Below, one piece after another: positions 21,711-31,312 of a DNA stretch of 64,000 nt. The position numbers were made by a program, and so were the translations under genes. The first letter of the stretch is position 1. Each line of letters begins with the position of its first letter. The stretch spans positions 28,064 through 92,063 of the forward strand of contig JAZLLH010000010.1 in the NCBI GenBank assembly GCA_045598025.1, read 5' to 3'. This DNA is from Bacteroidales bacterium (GTDB lineage: Bacteria; Bacteroidota; Bacteroidia; Bacteroidales; WCHB1-69). The notes below the pieces were generated by a model, which worked only from the letters and a program-made list of their open reading frames with translations, ran no database searches and was not told the DNA's origin.

Positions 21711-23804
21711 TTAGAATTTAAACTTTCTGTTATTTATCATTTCATCAACTTTGGATGACGGTAATTCTTCGTAATGATCAAACTCCATAGAGACCGTTCC
21801 CCTTCCGGAGGTCAGTGTACGGAGCGTTGTAATGTAGCCGAACATTTCGGCCAAAGGAACGAATGCGCGCAGTTCCTGCTGGTTCTGGACCATTTCCATT
21901 CCCTGTATGATAGCCCGACGGCGGTTCAAATCACCGGAGACACTTCCCAAGTACTCATCGGGGGTCAGGATTTCCACTTTCATAACAGGTTCCAACAATG
22001 TGGGAGATGCCTGTAAAGCTGCTTCCCTGAAACCTTTGGAAGCACAGATTTCAAAAGAATTGGCGTCGGAATCAACCGGATGGAAGGAGCCGTCTATAAT
22101 CGTCACCTTGGCATTGATCATGGCATTGCCCATCAAAGGTCCGGTGGTCATGGCGCGCTCAAAACCCTTTTCGATAGCGGGTATGAACTCTTTCGGAATA
22201 TTTCCACCCTTAACTTCATTGACAAACTGAAGACCTTTCACTCCGGAATCCGCAGGTGAGAGTTCGAATTCTATATCTGCGAACTGACCCTTACCCCCAC
22301 TTTGCTTCTTATGGATTTCACGATGATGCACTGAAGTGCGTATGGCTTCCCTGTAGGAAACAACAGGATTTCCGGAATTGCAGTCAACTCCGAATTCCCT
22401 TCTAATACGATCCAGCAATATATCCAAATGAAGTTCTCCCATGCCACTGATGATAGTCTGTCCGGAATCTTCGTCCACCCTTACCTTGAAAGTAGGATCT
22501 TCTTCGGAAAGTTTCTGCAGAGTTTCATCCAACTTGTCAATATCATCTTGGGTTTTCGGCTCGACAGCGATGGATATGACAGGTTCCGGAAATTCCATCG
22601 ATTCCAGCATCAGCGGGTGCTTTTCGTCACAGATGGTGGTTCCCGTCGGAACTTTCTTCAGACCTACAACGGCACAAATGTTTCCGGCAGAAACGCTATC
22701 CATCGGAATCTGCTTGTTGGCATGCATTTCAAACAGGCGAGCCACACGTTCACGCTTGCCGCTGTACGTATTCAACACGGTTTCACCCGCATTGAGGGTT
22801 CCGGAATAAACGCGGACAAATGCAACTTTACCGACATAGGAATCTGTTGCAATTTTGAAGACCAATCCGGAAAAAGGTTCTGCCTCGCTCGGCAGACGTA
22901 CTTCCTCCCGTCCGTTATCCGGATGCTTTCCAACAACGGCTGATTTGTCTTCAGGGCTCGGCAAATACATACACACTGCATCCAACAGCAATTGGACACC
23001 CTTGTTTTTGAAAGAGGAGCCGCAAAGTACCGGTGTAATCTTGCCTTCAATGGTAGCTTTGCGTACGGCCTGCTCTATTTCCTCAAAAGTAATAGAAGCA
23101 GGATCTTCCATGAATTTGTCCAAAAGAGCCTCACTCTCTTCAGCCACGCCTTCAATCAAAGCCATGCGGTATTTTTCCACATCGTCACGAATGTCAGCAG
23201 GAATTTCTACTTCGTTGTAAATCATTCCCTGACTTGCTTCATCCCAAGCGAAAGCCTTGTTATGCACCAAATCAACGACACCCTGGAAAGATTCTTCAGA
23301 ACCGATCGGAAGTTGCAAGGGAACCGGATTCGCATTCAGCTTATCCTTGATCTGCTCCAGAACAGAAAAGAAATTGGCCCCGGTGCGATCCATCTTGTTG
23401 ACATAACAGATACGGGGGACCCCATATTTGTCAGCCTGTTTCCACACCGTTTCCGATTGGGGCTGCACACCACCTACTGCGCAGAACAAAGCAACCGCAC
23501 CGTCCAGCACTCTCAAAGCACGTTCTACCTCCACAGTAAAATCAACGTGACCCGGAGTATCAATGATGTTGACCTTGTATGTCTCACCGCTGCTCTTCCA
23601 AAGAACTGTAGTCGCAGCCGAAGTAATGGTGATGCCTCTTTCCTGCTCCTGTTCCATATAGTCCATGGTGGCCGCACCGTCATGAACCTCGCCAATCTTA
23701 TAGTTCTTGCCCGTATAATAGAGAATACGCTCCGTTGTCGTGGTTTTACCCGCGTCAATGTGAGCCATAATACCTATGTTCCGTATATTGGAGAGCGTAT
23801 TCAT
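21711..23804 (-). CDS. fusA: Elongation factor G
   Basis: 697 aa. G1 [13 protein letters not shown]3 DTPGHVDF, G4 NKMD. Confidence 0.97.
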   Translation of the reverse strand: MNTLSNIRNIGIMAHIDAGKTTTTERILYYTGKNYKIGEVHDGAATMDYMEQEQERGITITSAATTVLWKSSGETYKVNIIDTPGHVDFTVEVERALRVLDGAVALFCAVGGVQPQSETVWKQADKYGVPRICYVNKMDRTGANFFSVLEQIKDKLNANPVPLQLPIGSEESFQGVVDLVHNKAFAWDEASQGMIYNEVEIPADIRDDVEKYRMALIEGVAEESEALLDKFMEDPASITFEEIEQAVRKATIEGKITPVLCGSSFKNKGVQLLLDAVCMYLPSPEDKSAVVGKHPDNGREEVRLPSEAEPFSGLVFKIATDSYVGKVAFVRVYSGTLNAGETVLNTYSGKRERVARLFEMHANKQIPMDSVSAGNICAVVGLKKVPTGTTICDEKHPLMLESMEFPEPVISIAVEPKTQDDIDKLDETLQKLSEEDPTFKVRVDEDSGQTIISGMGELHLDILLDRIRREFGVDCNSGNPVVSYREAIRTSVHHREIHKKQSGGKGQFADIEFELSPADSGVKGLQFVNEVKGGNIPKEFIPAIEKGFERAMTTGPLMGNAMINAKVTIIDGSFHPVDSDANSFEICASKGFREAALQASPTLLEPVMKVEILTPDEYLGSVSGDLNRRRAIIQGMEMVQNQQELRAFVPLAEMFGYITTLRTLTSGRGTVSMEFDHYEELPSSKVDEMINNRKFKF

Positions 23805-23821
23805 CTGTTGGTACGGTATAA

Positions 23822-24289
23822 CTAGAATCTGAAGTGGGAGAATGCCTTATTGGCTTCTGCCATACGGTGAATATCTTCTTTACGTTTGAAAGCTGCACCT
23901 TCATTCTTGTAAGCAGCCATGATTTCCGCGGCCAATTTCTGGCACATGGATTTTTCATGACGCTTGCGAGCGAAGTTGATCAGATTCTTCATGCCTACGG
24001 ATTGTTTTCTTTCCGGGCGGATTTCAGAAGGAATCTGGAAGGTTGCACCACCGATACGACGGCTGCGAACCTCCACGGAAGGAGTCACATTGGCCAAAGC
24101 CTGTTTCCAAACTGCGACACCGTCTTCACCGGTCTTCTCTGCTACCACATCCACCGCATCATAAAAAATCTTGAAAGCGGTATTCTTTTTACCTTTCAGC
24201 ATGATATTGTTGACAAATTTCGTAATTTGCACATCATGATATTTGGGATCCGGCAAAATAATTCTTTTCTTAGGTTTTGTTTTCCTCAT
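23822..24289 (-). CDS. rpsG: 30S ribosomal protein S7
   Basis: 155 aa: ...[16 protein letters not shown]...NKAFSHFRF. Confidence 0.97.
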   Translation of the reverse strand: MRKTKPKKRIILPDPKYHDVQITKFVNNIMLKGKKNTAFKIFYDAVDVVAEKTGEDGVAVWKQALANVTPSVEVRSRRIGGATFQIPSEIRPERKQSVGMKNLINFARKRHEKSMCQKLAAEIMAAYKNEGAAFKRKEDIHRMAEANKAFSHFRF

Positions 24290-24337
24290 AACCTTATGAT
24301 TAAAAAACTTCTTTATACATTAATATTAATTACAATC

Positions 24338-24718
24338 CTATTTCGTAGCTTTCGGTCTCTTTGCTCCGTATTTGGAACGACGCTGTCTGCGACCATCTAC
24401 TCCCGAAGTATCCAATGCTCCGCGAATGATATGATATCTTACACCGGGAAGATCCTTCACACGTCCGCCTCTGATCATCACGATAGAGTGTTCCTGCAGA
24501 TTGTGGCCTTCACCCGGAATGTAAGCATTCGCTTCCTTTTGATTAGTAAGACGCACTCTGGCCACTTTACGCATAGCCGAATTCGGCTTTTTAGGCGTAG
24601 TGGTATACACTCTCACGCAAACTCCACGACGTTGGGGGCAAGAATCCAAGGCAGGAGATTTGCTCTTATACTTCAATTGCGTTCTTCCTTTTCTTACTAA
24701 CTGCTGTATTGTAGGCAT
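24338..24718 (-). CDS. rpsL: 30S ribosomal protein S12
   Basis: [12 protein letters not shown]...[18 protein letters not shown]. Confidence 0.97.
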   Translation of the reverse strand: MPTIQQLVRKGRTQLKYKSKSPALDSCPQRRGVCVRVYTTTPKKPNSAMRKVARVRLTNQKEANAYIPGEGHNLQEHSIVMIRGGRVKDLPGVRYHIIRGALDTSGVDGRRQRRSKYGAKRPKATK

Positions 24719-24786
24719 TTCCTTTTAAATTTTTCCTTTAATTTTACTTAAAATTTACTATCTGTTAAAACCCTTTTTAGGGACTG

Positions 24787-24794
24787 CAAATGTA
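24787..24794 (-). promoter_or_regulatory. Candidate -7 promoter box (TACATTTG on the minus strand) for the rpsL-led operon
   Basis: The plus-strand sequence CAAATGTA is the reverse complement of TAnnTTTG. It lies about 70 nt upstream of the rpsL ATG, inside a 337 nt AT-rich intergenic region. Confidence 0.4.
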
Positions 24795-25055
24795 CAACTT
24801 TTATCAATACAAATACATTGATAATAACTTTTTTACTAAAAAAAATAGCACATCCTGCCATGCCCTTGCGACATTTAGAACAACATTTTTAACATATTGA
24901 ATTTCAGTATATTGAAAATAACACAAAAAGAAAACTGGAGGCAAAGCTTTTTTTGGGGATTGTTTTTACGCACATTTTTTCACAAAACAACGGTTAAAAA
25001 AGTTGTTTTTGATGGCATATTTTCCGCAATAAAACCGCAATAATGAAAAACGTTT

Positions 25056-25658
25056 TCATATTATCATATCTTCCAACATGCACCACAACAAAGAAGTAGG
25101 CAAACCGACCACATTGTTGTACGAACCTCTGATAGCTGAAATTCCCCTATAGCCTATCCATTCCTGTACTCCGTAGGAGCCAGCCTTGTCAAATGGTTTG
25201 TAATGATCTATATAATAAGATATTTCACTATCCGACAGAGGCAAAAAGCAAACCTCAGTCTCGGCATAATCCACACGTAAATCCCGGGCAGTACGCACAC
25301 ACAAACCGGACCAAACAGTATGACTTCGTCCGGACAACAAATGCAGCATACGCTCCGCATCCTTGGCATCCTTTGGCTTGCCGAGCACTTTTCCATCCAC
25401 CGAAACCAAGGTATCTCCACCTATCACAAGCAAGCTATCATCGGAAGATTCTGCGTTCAATCGGGAGAATACAGACTCCGCTTTCTGCTGAGCCAAATGA
25501 CAAACCGCCTCCGATGGTGCCCACTCCGGATCCAGAAACTCAGGATCTTCACTTTGGACTGCAGAAAAATCAATTCCCAAATCTTCCAGAAGCTGTTTCC
25601 TCCGTGGAGACTTGGAAGCCAGTACCACGCGGTATTTTTTCAATTGGTCTAATAGCAT
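25056..25658 (-). CDS. maf: Maf-like nucleoside triphosphate pyrophosphatase
   Basis: YRVVLASKSPRRKQLLEDLGIDF...GAYGIQ-type motif (AGSYGVQEW). The ORF-track start at 25811 runs through the recR promoter and coding region. The ATG at 25658 (MLLDQLKKYRVV) gives the normal length of about 200 aa. Confidence 0.88.
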   Translation of the reverse strand: MLLDQLKKYRVVLASKSPRRKQLLEDLGIDFSAVQSEDPEFLDPEWAPSEAVCHLAQQKAESVFSRLNAESSDDSLLVIGGDTLVSVDGKVLGKPKDAKDAERMLHLLSGRSHTVWSGLCVRTARDLRVDYAETEVCFLPLSDSEISYYIDHYKPFDKAGSYGVQEWIGYRGISAIRGSYNNVVGLPTSLLWCMLEDMII

Positions 25659-25681
25659 TGCAGTGATTTTTTTTAAAACTG

Positions 25682-25689
25682 CAAAAGTA
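25682..25689 (-). promoter_or_regulatory. Candidate -7 box (TACTTTTG on the minus strand) for maf
   Basis: Plus-strand CAAAAGTA, 24 nt upstream of the maf ATG. Confidence 0.4.
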
Positions 25690-25703
25690 ATCATAAAAAG
25701 TGC

Positions 25704-25711
25704 TACTTTTG
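25704..25711 (+). promoter_or_regulatory. Candidate -7 box (TACTTTTG) for recR
   Basis: The motif ends 5 nt before the recR ATG at 25717, which implies a very short or absent leader. Confidence 0.35.
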
Positions 25712-25716
25712 CAGAC

Positions 25717-26340
25717 ATGTGGAATTTCTCATCTAAACTTTTGGAAAATGCTGTCAACCAGATAGCCAAGCTTCCCGGCGTCGGAAAACGGACTGCCGTG
25801 CGCCTTGCCATCTATTTGATGCAGCAGCCAATAGAGGAAACGGATGCCTTTACCAATGCCGTCAGTGAAATGCGACACAACATCTGCACATGTCGGCATT
25901 GCCACAACCTTTCCGATGAAGAAGAATGCGAAATCTGCCGGAATCCGACACGTTCGGCCTCTACAATATGCATAGTACAAGACGTACGGGATGTCATAGC
26001 CATTGAAAATACTCAGGTGTACCGGGGCAGATACCATCTGCTGGGCGGCGTCATCTCTCCCATCAACGGGATAGGTCCGGACGATCTTCATCTGGACACG
26101 CTCTGGAAGCGCCTGCCCGAAGCAGACGAACTGGTACTGGCCCTTCCGGCTACCACCGAAGGAGACACAACGGCCTACTACATTTACAAGCATGCCATGG
26201 AACTCAAACCGGAGCTCAACATTACCACCATTCCTCGCGGATTGTCCGTAGGTGACGAGCTGGAATATGCCGATGAAGCCACACTTGGCCGCTCGCTCAT
26301 CAACCGGATAGACTTTCAAACCACCTTTACGAAAAAATGA
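25717..26340 (+). CDS. recR: Recombination protein RecR
   Basis: HhH motif LPGVGKRTAVRLA, C4 zinc finger CRHCHNLSDEEECEICRN and a Toprim segment ICIVQDVRDVIAIE. The start was moved to the ATG at 25717 (MWNFSSKLLENAV). Confidence 0.93.
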   Translation: MWNFSSKLLENAVNQIAKLPGVGKRTAVRLAIYLMQQPIEETDAFTNAVSEMRHNICTCRHCHNLSDEEECEICRNPTRSASTICIVQDVRDVIAIENTQVYRGRYHLLGGVISPINGIGPDDLHLDTLWKRLPEADELVLALPATTEGDTTAYYIYKHAMELKPELNITTIPRGLSVGDELEYADEATLGRSLINRIDFQTTFTKK

Positions 26341-27383
26341 TAGATTTTTTATCCGACATATTATCCGAATCCATCGTCATCACCGTCATCGTCATTCTTT
26401 TGATGATGGTGATTGAATTTGTTCATATCCGAACCAAGGGAAAATGGATTTCCCTCATGGACAAAAAACCCTTCTGGCAAATTCTGCTTTCTGCCCTGCT
26501 GGGAGTCACCCCGGGCTGCGTGGGCGTTTTTGCCGTAGTTTCCATGTATACGCACAATGTAGTGGGTTTCGGAGCCCTATTGGCTGCCTGCATAGCATCT
26601 TTCGGAGACGAAGCCTTCTTCATGCTTTCGCTGATGCCAGGCAAGGCCGCACTGACCGGAGGAATATTGTTTGTGACAGCTATTGCGGCAGGCTGGGTCT
26701 ACAACCGCATCCGCCCTTTTCAGTCTACCAGCGACATTCATCAGATGGAACACCTGGTGCTCCATGAAGACGCCTGTGGACATGACCATCCCCACAAGGA
26801 ACACGGCAAGCGATTGTGGATATACCGTTTGTTGCTGATGTTCCTGCTGATACTGTTCATACTGGGACTTTGCCTCGGCGTGATTGGGGAGCACGAGGAA
26901 GGAGAAAGCGGAGGCCTTTCGGGAGAAAACCTCGTATTCGTTCTCATCGCAGCCAGCGTGCTGCTGATGACCTGTTTCACAGACACCCACTTCATCAAAG
27001 AACATCTGTGGGAACACATTCTCAAAAAACACCTGCTGAAAATCTTCCTATGGACATTCGGTATTCTTGCCCTACTCGGCCTGCTGACGACCTATGTTGA
27101 CCTAGAGACACTCTGCGCTCACAACAGCGGCAAGATACTGATGATGCTGATGGCGATTGCCATCGGGCTGATTCCTCAGTCCGGACCTCACTTTGCGGTC
27201 ATCTATCTGTTCATGGACGGTATTGTTCCCTTCAGCACGCTGCTGGCCAACTGCCTGATGCAGGAAGGGCACGGAGGTATTCCGCTGATGGCAGAATCGC
27301 CCAAAAGTTTCGTACGGCTAAAAGTCATCAAGGGCATACTTGCTCTCGCCGTGGGAATTTCAGGTGTTGCCCTGGGATTTTAA
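26337..27383 (+). CDS. Polytopic membrane protein with a His-rich loop; putative metal-ion permease
   Basis: 348 aa with about 10 hydrophobic segments and a central loop HLVLHEDACGHDHPHKEHGK. From memory it resembles the 10-TM putative heavy-metal exporter family. The function is not established. Confidence 0.5.
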   Translation: MIDFLSDILSESIVITVIVILLMMVIEFVHIRTKGKWISLMDKKPFWQILLSALLGVTPGCVGVFAVVSMYTHNVVGFGALLAACIASFGDEAFFMLSLMPGKAALTGGILFVTAIAAGWVYNRIRPFQSTSDIHQMEHLVLHEDACGHDHPHKEHGKRLWIYRLLLMFLLILFILGLCLGVIGEHEEGESGGLSGENLVFVLIAASVLLMTCFTDTHFIKEHLWEHILKKHLLKIFLWTFGILALLGLLTTYVDLETLCAHNSGKILMMLMAIAIGLIPQSGPHFAVIYLFMDGIVPFSTLLANCLMQEGHGGIPLMAESPKSFVRLKVIKGILALAVGISGVALGF

Positions 27384-27385
27384 AA

Positions 27386-28054
27386 CTACAGACCAAAGCA
27401 AACGTAGTGGATGGATTTTCCCTGTTCCAGCCACATATTTTCATAATAGGTCTTTATTTCCAGACGCGGATCGGGCATGCCGTTTCCGTAGATATCCCTT
27501 TGCAGGACATATATCGGCAGATGGAGACGATCAAGAGTTTCCAAGGTAAAATCAAAAAAGAAATCGCTATCGGTTTTCAGGTGCACTCTACCCTCGGGCG
27601 CTAATACCTGACGGTAAATGGAAAGATAAAATTCAGAAGTCAGACGTTTGTTTTCCTTGCATGCTCTCGGTTGAGGATCGGGAAAAGTAATCCAGATTTC
27701 CTGCACTTCACCCGGAGCAAAAAACCGGGGAAGATATTGTATCTGCGTACGCAGAAAAGCCACATTCGGCATGTGCTGTTCCACCGAATATTTGCATCCC
27801 TTCCACATACGTGCTCCTTTTCGGTCAATACCGATAAAGTTTGCTGAGGCATCCTTCTCCGCCATACCGACGGTATATTCACCTCGTCCGCAGGCCAATT
27901 CCAACACCAGCGGATGATGGTTCTTAAAAAAATCACTATTCCATAATCCCCTCAAAGGAAAGCAGTAAGACAATAGATCCGAGCCCTCCGGCACCTGAAA
28001 GAAATTGGGGAAAGTACGGGTCTCGGCAAACTTTTCCAGTTTTCCTTTTCCCAT
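27386..28054 (-). CDS. trmB: tRNA (guanine-N7)-methyltransferase
   Basis: LELACGRGEYTVGMA...IGIDRKGARMW...IWITFPDPQPR, the characteristic TrmB motifs. Confidence 0.9.
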   Translation of the reverse strand: MGKGKLEKFAETRTFPNFFQVPEGSDLLSYCFPLRGLWNSDFFKNHHPLVLELACGRGEYTVGMAEKDASANFIGIDRKGARMWKGCKYSVEQHMPNVAFLRTQIQYLPRFFAPGEVQEIWITFPDPQPRACKENKRLTSEFYLSIYRQVLAPEGRVHLKTDSDFFFDFTLETLDRLHLPIYVLQRDIYGNGMPDPRLEIKTYYENMWLEQGKSIHYVCFGL

Positions 28055-28055
28055 A

Positions 28056-29816
28056 TTATCCGTTCATTGAAATTAGGAATTCCGCATTGTCGCGGGTAAG
28101 CTGCATCTTGCTCTTCAAAAATTCCATTGCCTCCATGGGATTCATATCGGCCAAATGATTACGCAATATCCACATGCGCTGCAAGGTTTCCTTTTCCTGC
28201 AGCAAATCGTCCCGACGGGTACTGGATGCTATCAGGTCAACAGCCGGGTAAATGCGCTTGTTCGCCAATTTGCGGTCCAATTGCAATTCCATGTTGCCGG
28301 TCCCTTTGAATTCCTCGAAAATAACATCATCCATTTTGGACCCCGTTTCCGTCAGTGCAGTAGCGATGATAGTGAGGGAACCTCCGTTTTCTATCTTACG
28401 GGCAGCACCAAAAAAGCGTTTGGGCTTTTGCAAGGCATTGGCTTCCACGCCTCCGGAAAGAACCTTACCGGAAGCCGGAGCAACCGTATTATAGGCACGG
28501 GCCAGACGGGTAATGGAATCCAGGAGAATGCAGACATCGTGACCGCACTCAACCATCCGTTTGGCCTTCTCCAGTACAATATTGGAAATTTTGACATGAC
28601 GGTCGGCCGGTTCGTCAAAAGTAGAGGCGATGACTTCCGCTTTGACACTACGTTCCATATCTGTCACTTCTTCAGGCCTTTCGTCAATCAACAATACAAT
28701 CAAATATATTTCCGGATGATTGTAGGCAATGGCATTTGCGATTTCTTTCAACAGGACAGTCTTTCCCGTTTTCGGCTGGGCTACAATCAATCCTCTCTGA
28801 CCCTTGCCGATAGGAGCAAATAAGTCAATGACCCGGGTGGAAATCGTACATCCCGGATGGGAAGTCAGATTGATTTTCTCATCGGGGAAAAGCGGCGTCA
28901 GATAGTCGAAGGGAATACGGTCCCTCACCTGATCCGGTGTCTTTCCGTTGATAAAATCCACCTTGAGCAGAGGAAAATATTTTTCATTGTCTTTCGGAGG
29001 ACGAATCTGCCCCTGAATAACATCCCCTGTTTTCAGTCCGAAAAGCTTGATCTGGGATTGGGATACGTAGATATCGTCCGGAGAGGGAAGATAATTGTAA
29101 TCGGCCGAACGAAGGAATCCGTAACCGTCATTGGAAACATCCAATACTCCCTCCGTTTTGACAGTTCCCACAAATTCAACATTCTTGGGAATGTATTCAT
29201 CAGGAGAAACACCAATGGCACTGGAAATTTCCGCTTCCATCCGCTGCTCCTCAATGGCAGCGGCCTCTTCTGCTGAAATAGCAGGTTCCGAATGCAGGTG
29301 TTCAGGCATAGGCTCTGTTCCTCTGGAGGCGGTTTCTGACGGCCTGTACACCGGCTGCGCAAAATTTTCCTCTGACTTGCCGGATTTGTTTTCCCTATAG
29401 GAACGATGCGTGGCGGAAGCCCCTTCCACATTATCATTGTCCACATTCTGGAAACCTCTGTGTATGCGTTTACGCATGTGACCCTGACGATTATCCTGAT
29501 TGCGGCTGTCCTTCTCCCTGCTTTCCGCCTTCGGAATTTCTGCAGACGCAGCAGCGGCAGTACCCTCCGAAGACTGCTGTACCTTACGAGGACGGCCCCG
29601 TTTTCTTCCGGGAACGCTCCCTTTTTCTGATTCCTGGCCTTCCTTAGGCTGAAGTGGCATGGGTTTTGAAGCCGACTGACGAATGATTTCCTGCAACAAT
29701 TCGGCTTTTTTGTATTTGATGATATTTTTGATATGCAATGTCTTTGCAATTTCACGCAAATCCATCAATGATTTTTCAGATAATAGGCTAAAGTCGTTGT
29801 TCCTACTGTTTTCCAT
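28056..29816 (-). CDS. rho: Transcription termination factor Rho with a long low-complexity N-terminal insertion
   Basis: Walker [16 protein letters not shown], then [23 protein letters not shown], and a cold-shock-like domain ([16 protein letters not shown]). The start is set to the ATG at 29816 (MENSRNNDF). An alternative ATG lies at 29840. The ORF-track start at 29909 lies upstream of the predicted promoter box. Confidence 0.92.
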   Translation of the reverse strand: MENSRNNDFSLLSEKSLMDLREIAKTLHIKNIIKYKKAELLQEIIRQSASKPMPLQPKEGQESEKGSVPGRKRGRPRKVQQSSEGTAAAASAEIPKAESREKDSRNQDNRQGHMRKRIHRGFQNVDNDNVEGASATHRSYRENKSGKSEENFAQPVYRPSETASRGTEPMPEHLHSEPAISAEEAAAIEEQRMEAEISSAIGVSPDEYIPKNVEFVGTVKTEGVLDVSNDGYGFLRSADYNYLPSPDDIYVSQSQIKLFGLKTGDVIQGQIRPPKDNEKYFPLLKVDFINGKTPDQVRDRIPFDYLTPLFPDEKINLTSHPGCTISTRVIDLFAPIGKGQRGLIVAQPKTGKTVLLKEIANAIAYNHPEIYLIVLLIDERPEEVTDMERSVKAEVIASTFDEPADRHVKISNIVLEKAKRMVECGHDVCILLDSITRLARAYNTVAPASGKVLSGGVEANALQKPKRFFGAARKIENGGSLTIIATALTETGSKMDDVIFEEFKGTGNMELQLDRKLANKRIYPAVDLIASSTRRDDLLQEKETLQRMWILRNHLADMNPMEAMEFLKSKMQLTRDNAEFLISMNG

Positions 29817-29877
29817 AAAATATAAAAAAAAGGATTTCATCCTGTCTTGACAGGATTGCTTGGTTTGAAATACGATG

Positions 29878-29885
29878 CAAAAGTA
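29878..29885 (-). promoter_or_regulatory. Candidate -7 box (TACTTTTG on the minus strand) for rho
   Basis: Plus-strand CAAAAGTA, about 40-60 nt upstream of the two candidate rho start codons. Confidence 0.4.
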
Positions 29886-29918
29886 ACACTTTTTTGAATA
29901 CAAATGCAACCGGAAATG

Positions 29919-30650
29919 CTATTTTTGCACTTTCCCGATTTTTTTTGCTGAAATTGTATACAAAATACTAAACATCAGATTTATATCAAAGCTATTATAA
30001 TAATTAAAATATTCTTTCAAATGTCCTTTTTTACTGGAGTAACCGGAAGTATACGCATTTTGTAAATACAAAGAAAGGGATTCCCCAACCGGAATTTCGA
30101 CTCCGATACCCAGAGTTCCTCCTACTGAAAATCCGCGCACTTCATCCGAGAACTCCGCCTCGGTTTCCTGTTTCTCATCTCCTATCAGACGCACGGCATT
30201 GGAATGATCCTTCAAAACAAGCTCCAAATTGGGCCCTGCATAAAACACAAAATGCACCTTATCACCAAACGCCCACTCCGGATAAACGTTCAGATGAAGC
30301 ACAGCTATTCTTTGTTCCATTCCCGTGGGGATTACCGTATCACGAAAAGGTTCCTCGTAGTAGAAATAGGCGTCCTGGTGCTTGAATTGCAATTGTCCGC
30401 CCACACGGAAAGCCTGATCGACTGAGAAAGTTTTCAAATTTTTTGCACACACCAGCTGCAGGACGTAAGCATCGCGCGATGTGAAAGACGTATACAAATC
30501 GGTTTTCGGACGTCCGCAGTAGAACAAGGACTGGTTATAACCTCCCCCAAACCCGAAAATCCACTGAGGAAAATCCCTCTGCTGGGCTGACACCGGGAGG
30601 ACCGCACACAAGAGTATTCCCAACAACAGGCTGTTTATTTTTCCCGACAT
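29919..30650 (-). CDS. Putative outer-membrane beta-barrel protein
   Basis: Signal peptide MSGKINSLLLGILLCAVLPVSAQQ, followed by alternating amphipathic beta-strand-like segments rich in G, Y and F. No recognisable catalytic motif. Confidence 0.55.
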   Translation of the reverse strand: MSGKINSLLLGILLCAVLPVSAQQRDFPQWIFGFGGGYNQSLFYCGRPKTDLYTSFTSRDAYVLQLVCAKNLKTFSVDQAFRVGGQLQFKHQDAYFYYEEPFRDTVIPTGMEQRIAVLHLNVYPEWAFGDKVHFVFYAGPNLELVLKDHSNAVRLIGDEKQETEAEFSDEVRGFSVGGTLGIGVEIPVGESLSLYLQNAYTSGYSSKKGHLKEYFNYYNSFDINLMFSILYTISAKKIGKVQK

Positions 30651-31177
30651 AAAATTTCTTTCAAACCTTTCTGTTGAAGGATATAGCGTGATAATACGAA
30701 CAGATAATCCGACAATCGGTTGACATAGGCCAAGGATTCAGCCTCCACCCCGGATTCCAGAGAAAGAGAGACCATTCTGCGTTCGGCCCTACGACATATA
30801 CACCGGGCAAGGTGTGCATGGGACGACTGAACATGCCCTCCCGGAACAACAAAAGTAAAGGGAGGAAGAGATTCTTCCATTCGGTCGATTTCCTGCTCCA
30901 GACGTTCCGTTTCACCCGATGACAGCGTAGGCAGGAACGAATCTTCCAAAGGATTTTCCGATGCCAATCGGCTTTGGATGACAAACAGATTCCGTTGTAT
31001 GCGGAGCAGCTCTTCTGCCCAGGGTTCTGAGACAGAAAGGTCACGGAGCACACCGAGAGAGGCTCCCAACTCATCAACCGTTCCATATGCTTCAACCCTT
31101 GCGTCGCATTTGTGTACCCGCTTTCCCCCTATGAGGGAAGTCTCTCCTTGATCACCGCCTTTGGTATAGATTTTCAT
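30635..31177 (-). CDS. PduO-type ATP:cob(I)alamin adenosyltransferase
   Basis: MKIYTKGGDQGETSLIGGKRVHKCDARVEAYGTVDELGASLG is the hallmark N-terminus of the PduO/MMAB family. 180 aa. Confidence 0.88.
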   Translation of the reverse strand: MKIYTKGGDQGETSLIGGKRVHKCDARVEAYGTVDELGASLGVLRDLSVSEPWAEELLRIQRNLFVIQSRLASENPLEDSFLPTLSSGETERLEQEIDRMEESLPPFTFVVPGGHVQSSHAHLARCICRRAERRMVSLSLESGVEAESLAYVNRLSDYLFVLSRYILQQKGLKEILCREK

Positions 31178-31205
31178 TACTTCCGGATTTCGTTAAACAG
31201 ATATG

Positions 31206-31213
31206 CAAAGGTA
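31206..31213 (-). promoter_or_regulatory. Candidate -7 box (TACCTTTG on the minus strand) for the adenosyltransferase/OMP pair
   Basis: Plus-strand CAAAGGTA, 29 nt upstream of the ATG at 31177. Confidence 0.35.
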
Positions 31214-31312
31214 CAAATTAAATAGGTAGGTAAAGTAGGAGACCCTAAAAAAAACACAATAAATCGCAGCCTCCAGCGTTATTGGTATTTAACAATCGAA
31301 TGAATTGAAAAT

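Noticed and set aside
24719-25055. A long 337-nt AT-rich intergenic region upstream of rpsL. It contains a direct repeat, CCGCAATAA x2 (25024-25043), and a palindrome, ATGAAAA-acg-TTTTCAT (25043-25059), at the maf stop codon. I considered an sRNA, an r-protein leader or a mobile-element scar.
   Set aside because: It has no tRNA-like or known RNA-motif structure I could recognise, no terminal inverted repeats and no ORF. The repeats are short enough to occur by chance in AT-rich DNA. I keep only a tentative promoter call.
29817-29909. N-terminal extensions of several ORF-track entries: rho to 29909, maf to 25811, recR from 25612, lpxC from 60565, rpsN to 15269, and the 54333 start.
   Set aside because: The extensions overlap neighbouring genes or predicted promoter boxes. 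They add non-conserved residues in front of canonical N-termini, so internal ATGs were chosen instead.
31178-31312. A possible FMN riboswitch upstream of ribBA.
   Set aside because: The 135-nt spacer is AT-rich and lacks the conserved FMN-element segments. It has no GGGG/CCCC-type helices and no AGGATAGT...CCGAC-like core. It mainly holds the promoter box for the divergent adenosyltransferase gene.
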